Of a DNA stretch of 64,000 nucleotides, positions 53,784 through 64,000 are shown in pieces. The DNA comes from Octopus vulgaris (Eukaryota). Under the pieces are notes generated by a model. That model was given only the letters and a program-made list of their open reading frames with translations, did no database searches and was not told the DNA's origin. How positions within the stretch are numbered: position 1 is the stretch's first letter; each line of letters opens with the position of its first letter. Position numbers and translations under genes: made by a program. The stretch is from positions 43,710,001-43,774,000 of the forward strand of contig OX597821.1 of NCBI GenBank assembly GCA_951406725.2, in the 5' to 3' direction.

Positions 53784-54385
53784 CCGGTGACACGTAAAAG
53801 CACCATCCGTTTCATGGCCGTTTGCCAGCTCTGTCTGGCCCCCGTGTTGGTGGCACGTAAAAGCACCATCCGTTCGTGTCCGTTGCCAGCCTCGCCTGGC
53901 CCCGTGCTGGTGACACGTAAAAGCACCATCCGTTCGTGGCCATTTGCCAGCTCTGTCTGGCAACTGTGCAGGTGGCACGTAAAAGCACCCACTACACTCA
54001 CGGAGTGGTTGGCGTTAGGAAGGGCATCCAGCCGTAGAAACACTGCCAGATCTGACTGGGCCTGATGAAGCCTTCCAGCTTCACAGACCCCAGTTGAACC
54101 GTCCAACCCATGCTAGCATGGAGAACGGACGCTAAATGATGATGATGATGATGATGATATATATATATATATATAATTGAAAAATTGGATAAAATCTTTA
54201 TAAGAATTTATCAAGTAGTTATAAGAGAAAAATCCATCAATTATTTCTCTTAAATATATTTATATTAAGAGCATTACTATACATAAATGTATAAGTGTGA
54301 ACAATTCTATGTACTATGCTGGATACATTTGGTATTCGTCTGGTATGTTGATCTTTTGTTCCTTTTTATGTGTCTTGATTATGCT

Positions 54386-54443
54386 TGCACTGACGATTAA
54401 AAAGTGCATTTTGTGCACTAATTATGAAATCATATGATATGCA
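54386..54443 (+). ncRNA. Type I HHR-like motif with intact canonical core
   Basis: tgca-CTGACGA-ttaaa-agtgca(ttttg)tgcact-aattat-GAAA-tcatatga-TA-tgca; stem III atcatatgat is palindromic. Confidence 0.7.
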
Positions 54444-54575
54444 GCTGAATCTGGTTTTAAGATGCTCGCTTCAAGAGTTGCCTTCCCTCACGTTCGGTAC
54501 AATGCGTTTATTTATTATGGTAGTTTTGACTTTAAGAGTCCCTCCAAGCATGAGGCGTTTATATATAGTAATGCC

Positions 54576-54617
<42 letters not shown>

Positions 54618-54753
54618 CGGAGATGTACTTGCATAGCATGTGACCTGATCTGAGATAGTGTGCTGGAATGGAAGCAATTGCAGCATAGAAGGTGTTTATA
54701 AGCCATTTAAGAAACACACAAAAACTGTTAGATTCACTTCAATATTTAAATTT

Positions 54754-54809
54754 AATTTACCAAAATATTTTCATCGCTTTGAGACCGCGACCTGTTCACT
54801 AACAAAATT
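54754..54809 (-). ncRNA. HHR-like motif with G3-C8 core
   Basis: Minus strand: tttgtta-GTGAACA-g-gtcgc(ggtctcaaa)gcgat-GAAA-atat-TT-tggtaaa. Confidence 0.6.
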
Positions 54810-54866
54810 CCATGCTGCATTTGAGAAAGTAACAGTTCTCGATATATATATGTACATATGTATGTG

Positions 54867-54898
<32 letters not shown>

Positions 54899-55045
54899 TG
54901 TATGTATGTATGTATGTTTGTATGTATGTGTGTGTGTCTGTATATGCATGTGTGTATGCATATGTGTACATGTGTATGCATGTGTGCATGCCTATACGCA
55001 TGTATGTATGTATGTATGTATGTATGTATGCATGTATGTATGTAC

Positions 55046-55076
<31 letters not shown>

Positions 55077-56167
55077 TAGACGTGTATGTGTGTGTGTACA
55101 TGTGTATGTACATGTGAACATATGTTTATGTACTGATATGTGTCTGTTGAAGTTGTATACATGACTGTTACTTTGTTGAAGGTTGTATACACACACACAC
55201 ATATACATACATATGCATATACATATATATAGACACACACACACATATATATGTACGTGTGTATGTGTTTGTCTCTCTCATCACAGTCTAACGGTGAATG
55301 GATATGTCTTAGATACATATATGCACATATAATCTTACTTATACATATATACAAGTACACACAATCATATAGACACTTACACACACTCACAAATATACAT
55401 ATAATCTTAAAGTATACACACATGTACACTTATCCATCTACACATATATATATATATATGACACTATTTTCAAGGATAACGGTTAAAATTCAAATTTGCT
55501 TCTTTTATTATTATTATTTTTTAATCTTTTTTTACACACATATACAATACATATATCTACACACATACTCATACATGCATGTACATACTCATACATACTC
55601 ACACAACACATACATCTACACATATGTACATACGTATCAAACTATGTATGCTCATATCGTTATATATAACTACATATATGCGCTTTAGTATCATGCATTT
55701 TAACATGTATGTATGGATTTCCACATGTAAATGAGAAAAAGGACTGGCCATAGAGGGGTACTCCCAAGTGGAATCTGGGTGTTACCTCATTTGAATTTAT
55801 GGTTGAGAGTGGGTTTGCCTTCTTGTATACAGACAGCTTCAGTGACTTGTCTCAGCATTGCATCAGTGGGATGTGTAGATAAGATCATCATCATCATCAT
55901 CATCGTTTAACGTCCGTTTTCCATGCTAGCATGGGTTGGATGGTTCGACCGGTGTCTGGGAAGCCAGGAGGCTGTTCATACGTACACATGTGCGCTCGCG
56001 CACCCACGTGCGTACATATACAAGCATGCTTACATGTTTACTATCAACTTTTAACCTTATCTTAATTAGCAGTCATTCGAATTAGCGCTTTTGTATAAGT
56101 AGCTGACTATAACACAGTAATTTCCCTTTGTATAACAGTCTTTTTTCATAGCGTTTTTCAGATGGCC

Positions 56168-56230
56168 AGATAACCGAAGAGATGGTGTTGTGGATTTCCA
56201 CCTCGGCATCTGAAACTCAGAGTTTTATCT
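56168..56230 (+). ncRNA. HHR-like motif (CCGAAGA core)
   Basis: agataa-CCGAAGA-gatg...catc-t-GAAA-ctc(a)gag-TT-ttatct. Confidence 0.6.
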
Positions 56231-56360
56231 TGGCTACTGAATAATTGTCACATATTATTTTACAGATAAATTTCCTCTATTTACATAATATTGAGGTCTC
56301 TTTCTTTCTTTTGTTATCTTACCATTTTTACCAATATATATATATATATATATATATATA

Positions 56361-56901
56361 CAGCGTTATTCAAAAAGAATGAGCTGATTTCATTACACAA
56401 TATTTTAATCAGGAAAAGTAATAGAAAACTCCAGCTAATGTCACAAGTATTTACTCACAATCAACTTTTATTTCCTGTCTTACAAGTGTTCAGTGTTGCC
56501 ACCACCTGCTGCATGTGTAATATCAATGTGATTAGAGAATTCCTTCCAGACATGTATCAGTATATTACGCTCCACTGTTGTGTGACTTTTTCTTGATTGG
56601 TTATGTAAATGATTGCATTTATGTTCCACCACTACCCACTCGTCTTGATGATCTTAAACATCTAATAACAACAGCGATCAACTCAGTGAATCGTGATATG
56701 CTGATACTTGTTTGGGAGGAATTCTCTTATCACAATGATGTTGCCCCTGCTGCAGATGGTGGCCACATTGAACACTTGTAAGACAGGAAATAAAAGTTGA
56801 TTGTGAGTAAATACTTGTGACATTAGCTGGAGTTTCCTATTTCTTTTCTTTATTAAAATATTGAGTAATGAAATCCAGTTTATTCTTTTTGAATAATGCT
56901 G
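56361..56901 (+). mobile_element. Internally deleted long-TIR Tc1/mariner element
   Basis: TA-flanked; ~190 bp inverted termini; retains transposase C-terminus CDFFL.GYV.D.IY.PPLP..LDDLK..I..A...WEEF......ADGGHIEHL. Confidence 0.85.
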
Positions 56902-56996
56902 TATACAAAGCATTGTCTCTGCAGAAGCCAAAGCTTGTAGAAGAGAATTTCTTAGTGAATTCTATAGTAGGATGCAATGTCAATGCAAGGAAGTAC

Positions 56997-57081
<85 letters not shown>

Positions 57082-57260
57082 CACACACGCACACACATAC
57101 ATGCAAACATATACATAAATAAAGGAGAGTATTGTAGTTTACTTAAAACATTGTGTATTGTTTGTAAAATATAACATTATAATGTGTCTTGAATGGCATA
57201 ACAATGCAGAGTTGACTATAATAACTGTTATAATTTAATTATCCATAGTCTGATATAATA

Positions 57261-57296
57261 ATAATATTTTGGAATACAAAAATTCCTTCTTCAGAT
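57261..57296 (-). ncRNA. Degenerate HHR-like motif
   Basis: Minus strand: at-CTGAAGA-a-ggaat(ttttgt)attcc-AAAA-ta-TT-at; G12 lost. Confidence 0.45.
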
Positions 57297-58564
57297 ATTC
57301 TTAGGAATTGATCGAATCACTGCTATAATCAGTTTTCCAACGGTTACTGAATTTTTTTTCTGGAAGCATCTCTGCAGTGGTCTTACGAAGCTCCTTCCAG
57401 AATTCCTCATTGGAAGTGTGTGAGGGCGGCCATATCTCAAGCTCGTGTGTGTTGGCACATTCACAGCACTGTTTCTAAGTTACGTATTATACGTGCAGTT
57501 TCTTTTTTTTTTTTATAATATGTGAGCATGTTATCAGAAATGAACCTACATGCATCCAGATGTAGCTAAATAATATATTGGTTGCCAACCTCCAGCCTGT
57601 TGTTAATTTGGGGCACCAGTCTGTCTTTGAGGATAACTTCCTTAATTCTTAAATTACCCAAATTTCTTTCATTGGTCTCAATTGTGACTGTTATGCTTTT
57701 GTCAATGTTCCAGTTTCTGTCTATTAAATCCATTTACAAGGATTTGATTGGCCCAAGGCTATAGTAGAAGAGAATTGCCCTTCTTCTCAAGCAATGGGAC
57801 TGAAACTAGAACCATGTGTTTCAGCAGAATACTTCTTAAACCACACAGACATGCCTGCTCCTCCAACCATACTTCACAGAAATAAAAAAAAAACTTTTAA
57901 AATATCTTCTTTTGCTTCATTAATGCAGCAAAAATTGATTTCTTGCTTCCATTGTAATATGAGATGAAAGATGGATTCTATACCACAACTGATGACATGC
58001 TGTATAATGGTTGAACCAATGTGGAACACCAAAACACTTTTCTAAACTGATGCTACATCAAAGTTTATGGTCTCTATACAGTGATCAACAAATAGAATTA
58101 TCTAATATTATTTCTTGAATGTTGATAAGACCATCACTGCAAAGAGGCATTGCCAGGAATCAGAACGCATCAAGAACTACAATATTTACCTCTAGCTTTG
58201 GTCAGTGAAAAAAGATCAACTCTTCTTTTTTTACAAAACTTAACTCCATATCTCTCTCAGACAAATCTGCAGATATCAAACAACTTGGGCAACAAGCTCT
58301 ACCTCACCTGCCATACACCCCAGATCTCTCTCTACGTGATGAAGCATATCAACAACTACCTACCTCAAAATATCTCCTGAAGAATTCATCAGTTCCATGA
58401 CTCTTTAGTTCTATGTTCTCAGAATAGACTTGTCTGTTGTGGGTGAACATCTGAAGATTCCAATGGTTTATTATTTCATTTACTCTATATTGAGATATTA
58501 TTGTCTGACAGGGAATAGTTCACAATGGTAATGAATACTGTACTAATCTGATAGTGTTAGTGTA

Positions 58565-59050
58565 GCTGATGATGATGATGATGACGACAATGATGATGAC
58601 GACGAAGATGATGATGATAATGTCGACAGTGGCAGCGGTGGTGGCGATAATAATGATGACAATGGTAATGATGATGATGAGGAGAAGGAGGAGGATGACG
58701 ATGATGATGACGATGATGATGACGATGATGACGACAGCAGTGGCAGTGGGGGCGATAATAATGATGACAATGGTGGTGGTGATGATGATGATGATGACGA
58801 CGATGCTGGTGGTGGTGGTGATGGTGGTGAGGATCATGATGATGAGGGTGATGATGACAATGACGACGATGACGAATAAGGATCAAAATGATGATATTTA
58901 TGATGAGGACTAAGATGATGATGGTTGATGACAATAGTGAAGACTGATGACAACGATGATGACGATGATGATGATGCAACCACTGTTGTTATTGAGATGG
59001 TGATCATCACCATCACAGTCATCATTATCACCACCATCATCATCAACAAC
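58565..59050. repeat. Long degenerate (GAT/GGT)n array switching to (CAT)n
   Basis: Direct reading. Confidence 0.9.
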
Positions 59051-59597
59051 AAAACAACAATTTTATCTTCTTTTTTTTTACCTCTGTACTAAGCATGGGT
59101 TGGATACGTTTGTAATCTCATTGTTTTTCCCCATAGCCTCTATAATAACCCCACCTCTAGTTCTACTCCCTCTCCTGTTAATTTACTGGCGTTACCAACC
59201 ACACAGTTGTATCACCAATCACACTAATTAAGTTCATTTAGACTTAACGGTTACCAGTTTATTTTACAAATATAGCATATAGTTTTTCGGTCTCTTGGGT
59301 GGAAACAGAAAGAATCGAAATCTTAGTGAATAGCAGCTAAATATTACAATCACCATTGTTATAGAATTTAATTGGACAAACAAAAGATAGTTTTTTAATT
59401 TGGTTTCTAAAATACTTTGGAAGATAAGAAATAAATAAACAAATATATAAATATAGAAGAACTGAAGCAATTTTATTTTTGATGTCAACACACTTCTAAT
59501 CCATTTTTGTTGATGTTGTTGTTGTTATTGTTGTTGTTGCTGTTGTTGCTTCTGCTGCTGCTACAGTTGTTGTTGTTGTTGCTGCTGTTGCTGCCGA

Positions 59598-59933
59598 GCG
59601 GTCCGAATCGTGGTCCTTTGCTATTCGTAAGACTCGCAGAAGAGAAAGCAGGTCAACCCCCGACACCGAAAGCATCGACGGATGGATGAATGTGCATCCA
59701 GGCTCAGCGGTTGCGTAGGAAGTCGGGGACAAGAAACAAGAAGAAAGAGTGAGAGAAAGTTGGGGTGAAAGAGTACAACAGGGGTCGCCACCCCCCACCT
59801 TCCTGCCGGAGCCTCGTGGAGCTTTAGGTGTTCTCGCTCAATAAACATGCACAATGCCCGGTCTGGGAATCGAAACCACGATCCTCCGAACGAGAGTCCG
59901 CCGCCCTAACCACTGGGCCATTGCACCTCCACT
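59598..59933 (-). mobile_element. tRNA-derived SINE family D
   Basis: Reverse complement of 39455-39790. Confidence 0.85.
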
Positions 59934-60245
59934 TGCTGTTGCTGTTGGTTGTTACAGTTGTTGATGCTATTGTTGTTGCTGCTGCTGCTGCTGTTGTTGC
60001 TGTTGCTGCTGATGTTGTTGTTGCTGCTGCTGCTGTTTCTGTTGTTGTTGTTGCTGCTGCTGTTGCTGCTGCTGTTGCTGCTGTTGCTGTTGCTGCTGTT
60101 GTTGCTGTTGCTGCTGCTGCTGTTGTTGCTGTTGCTGCTGCTGCTGCTGTTGTTGTTGCTGTTGCTGCTGATGTTTTGCTGTCATTGCTGCTGCTGCTGT
60201 TGTTGCTGTTACTGTTGTTGCTGTTGCTGCTGCTGCTGTTATTGT

Positions 60246-60277
<32 letters not shown>

Positions 60278-60437
60278 TTGTTGCTGCTGCTGCTGCTGTT
60301 GTTGTTGCTGCTGCAGCTGTTGTTGTTGCTGTTGCTGCTGCTCTTGATGCTGTCATTGCTGCTGCTGCTCTTGTTGCTGTTGCTGCTGATGTTGTTGTTG
60401 TTGCTGCTGCTGTTGCTGCTGTTGCTGTTGCTGCTCT

Positions 60438-60469
<32 letters not shown>

Positions 60470-60540
60470 CTGTTGCTGCTGCTCTTGTTGCTGTCATTGC
60501 TGCTGCTGCTGTTGTTGCTGCTGCTGCTTCTGCTGTAGTT
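59934..60540. repeat. ~600 bp mixed (GCT/GTT)n trinucleotide array
   Basis: Direct reading; yields poly-Q, poly-L and poly-SN ORFs. Confidence 0.95.
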
Positions 60541-61002
60541 ATTTTGTGTCACTTGACATCGTACTCTTATTTATAGGCAATCGATTGAAGTTGTTCTAGT
60601 TTCACGCTTCATTTCCACCTCCTCACCACCTCCCTACATCACCTCTCCACCACCCTGCATCCCATCCCTACACCTTTGAGTTACATCCCTCCCTTCCCCC
60701 CACCATATCGTACTAACTGACATCTATGACTTATACCAATGCTATAAAATTTTCCAAATCTGGAAACTGCAAAAGGGTGCCACAATCTTTTTAAGGCCCA
60801 ACAAAAATCACAACACCAACTGGACCTTATATTCTGCTATGTTCAGGTGTAGGTATGGCTGTGTGGTTAAGAGGGTTGTTTTCCAGCCACATGTTTTTAG
60901 GTTCAGGCCCTCTGCATGGCACCCTGGGGCAAGAGTCTTTTACTGAGCTGATCAAAACTTATGAGTGTTGGTAGACAGGAGCTGAAAGAGGCCCATTGCA
61001 TA

Positions 61003-61075
<73 letters not shown>

Positions 61076-61086
61076 TTGTCTGTCTG

Positions 61087-61145
<59 letters not shown>

Positions 61146-61201
61146 GTCTGACTATATATCTATGTGTGTGTGTGTGTGTGTGTGAGTGTGTGTGTGTGTG
61201 T

Positions 61202-61246
<45 letters not shown>

Positions 61247-61265
61247 TGTGTGTGTGTGTGTGTGT

Positions 61266-61480
61266 AGGTGGCAAGCTGGTAGAATCATTAGGAAGCCGGC
61301 CAAAATCCTTAGTGGTATTTCATCTATTGTTATGTTCTGAGCTTGAATTCCAATGAGGTCAACTTTGCCTTTCATCCCTTCAGGGTTGATAAAATAAATA
61401 CCAGTTGAGCACTGGGGTTGACATAATCGCCTTATCCCCTCCATCAAAATTACTGGCCTAGTACTAAAATTTGAAATCAA
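61266..61480 (+). mobile_element. SINE family B, well-preserved copy
   Basis: aggtggcaagctggtagaatcattag...gaggtcaactttgcctttcatccc...ataccagttgagcactgggg. Confidence 0.8.
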
Positions 61481-61510
61481 TATATGTGTGTGTATGTGTG
61501 TGTGTGTGTG

Positions 61511-61561
<51 letters not shown>

Positions 61562-61871
61562 TGTGTGTGTGTGTGTGTTAGTGTCCCCTTGCTGTGACAT
61601 TATGTGATAATTGTAAGCAATTGTCACCATCATGTCAGTAGTGTCCTTCATTTGGAATCTTCGTTTTAAATGTCTGGTCATGAGGAATATTACCTTGTTT
61701 GGAAACAGGTGAGGTTTCACAATAGGAAGGATGTCCAGCCAGAGAAAATCTGCTGGCCTCAACGAATTCCTTTTGACCCATGCAGGCATTGAAAACCGGG
61801 TGCTAAATTGATGATGATGATGACGATGACAGTGGTAATGATGATAATGTTGATGATGGTGATGATAATGG

Positions 61872-62320
61872 TGTTCACAAAAATTCTGGAAAGGCTAGTC
61901 ATTGGCATTATTGATCCTCATATCCTTTTATTTAAATCACAACATGGAATCAAAACTTTACACTCAACGATCACCATTACTCCAAATATTTGCACAGAAA
62001 ATAACATGATGGCTTCAATGAAAGAAAGTGAAGATAATGATGATGATGACGATGATAATAACAATAATGATGGTGATGATGATGAAGGTGGTGGTAGTGA
62101 CATTGGTGAGTGTAATTGCAATAGTGATGGTAATGATGATGATGATGATGCTGTTACTGCTGCTGATTATGATCATGGTGATCATGATGGTGGTGGTGGT
62201 GGTGGCAGTGAAGACTGTGATAGTATTCATGATGGTGGTAGTGGTTGTGGTGATGATGAGATTACAAAAGACCACCCATATGAACCAATCTTATTACCAT
62301 TGACAGCAGCAAAACTTTCA
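61872..62320 (+). mobile_element. LINE RT fragment split by a (GAT)n expansion
   Basis: KILERLV...SQHG...HST before the repeat; KRPP...TIDSSKTF (DxSKAF-like) after it. Confidence 0.55.
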
Positions 62321-63313
62321 CCCCCCACCCCCCAAAGATACTAAACATCACTCTTAGAAACCATACCTGTTGCAGGCAAACAAACTACCTATCAGGCCAC
62401 AAAGTTTATTTAGTGTACAGGAACAATACTTCCAGAGCCAACAACGTTTTAAAAAGTCTGTCCTCTGACCTGCTCTCTTCAGTAGAGACATTATCATCAT
62501 CATTTAACGTCCACTTTCCATGCTAGCATAGGTTGGATGGTTTGACTGTGGGCTGGCAAATCAGATGGCTGCACCAGGCTCCAGTCTTGATCTGGCAGAG
62601 TTTCTACAGCTGGATGCCCTTCCTAACGCCAACCACTTCGAGAGTGTAGTGGGTGCTTTTATACGTGCCACCAGCATGGGGGCCAGTCAGGCGGTACTAG
62701 CAACAACCTCGCTCAAATTTTTTTTTTTTTAGACATGCCAATGGCACAGGTGCCAGTAAGGTGATGCTGGTAACGATCCCACTTGAGTATTACTAAGGAC
62801 TTAAGTAAATCAATTAGACATCCTTGGCAGTTAGTTGTATCGATAAATTACTGGTGCTGTACTTATGTTTTGTCTCAGTTTATACTATACTATAGAATAT
62901 ATCTATAGATTATAGCCTTCATAGACAGATGTAAACACTTTGTCTTCATCTACTATCTCTTGTACAGTAGAGTATTAAGACAAAACAATGTTAACAAGCT
63001 AGTAATTTATTGATAGAAATAGATCTCATAAATACATTATATATGCAAATCAGTGGCTCCTATTTATTTAAACCTTTAGTCATAACAGGCTTATAAGCAA
63101 TACTGTTCTGGATAGTTAAAGTGGGTACTCACTTGCTGATGAAATCCCAACGCAGGTTTGAAGCTTATATAGTTGAGCAATATCCATTTAGATATTGAAT
63201 ATACCGAAATGGTGTTTACATTTGTCTCTTTCTGTCTATCTGTCTGTCAGTCTCTATCCATCTGTCAGTCAATCTATCTGTCCATCTATCTATCATTCTA
63301 TCTATCTATCTAA

Positions 63314-63379
<66 letters not shown>

Positions 63380-63380
63380 G

Positions 63381-63416
<36 letters not shown>

Positions 63417-64000
63417 ACATATATATATACACACGTATACACACAATATTGATAAGAATCTATAGCTATATTCTGTAGAACAATTTAACATTGTCATTGT
63501 TAAAACAGACATTTATTTATTAGAGGGTATAGAAGCTTTTCTGATGTTCACTGAAGATAAAACAGTGTTTTCAAGTGCAGTTGTTGTTGATGATGATGAT
63601 GATGATGATGATGATGTTGTCATCTGTGTCCAAGCTATTATGTGAAAAAATATATTACTGTTCAACTCCAAGGTGGCTCTGATTTAGCCAATCTATGATC
63701 AAAAGTGTTCCAGCCATGACAGGTATTCAAGACCATGACTATATTATCTACTTTGTATGTTCCTTCTTGTTTACAAGATGATGGTGTATGCTATGAGGGA
63801 GACTGGATTGCACTTTCTAGCTGGTTGAGCAACTGTCTAGAGGTTCCCTTTTGTTGGCTCATATATGTTGCTATTGCTGCTACTGCTACTACTGCTTCTG
63901 CTATTACTGCTACTAGTGCTACTACTACTGTTGCTGTTTCTTGTTCTATACCATTAGAGGAGAGAAATGATTCTATTTATGGTTATTCCTACTGATTTCC

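Noticed and set aside
59824-60552. Long ORFs (242, 236 and 176 aa) with poly-Q, poly-L or poly-SN
   Set aside because: Stop-free trinucleotide array overlapping a SINE; no domain or splice context

Overview
AT-rich, repeat-saturated eukaryotic DNA, most likely intergenic or intronic sequence of a coleoid cephalopod (Octopus-type SINE families and (TA)n/(TACA)n/(GAT)n/(TAA)n microsatellites; organism is inferred). No intact host gene, rRNA, tRNA or CRISPR array is supported. Almost all ORFs in the track are microsatellite artefacts. The rest are decayed transposon fragments: RTE, CR1/L2-like, R4/Dong-like RLE LINEs, an irritans-type mariner, a long-TIR Tc1-like derivative, Helitron-like and hAT-like non-autonomous elements. 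The most notable unexplained structure is a set of at least a dozen type I hammerhead-ribozyme (HHR)-like motifs in many unrelated short non-coding elements. These sit in (TA)n/(TAA)n tracts, and many are long fold-back palindromes. The cores include apparent compensatory variants of the catalytic C3-G8 pair (G3-C8, U3-A8) and position-6 variants. This resembles Penelope-like pseudo-LTR or retrozyme derivatives without the coding element. All motifs were parsed by eye and coordinates of repeat boundaries are approximate.
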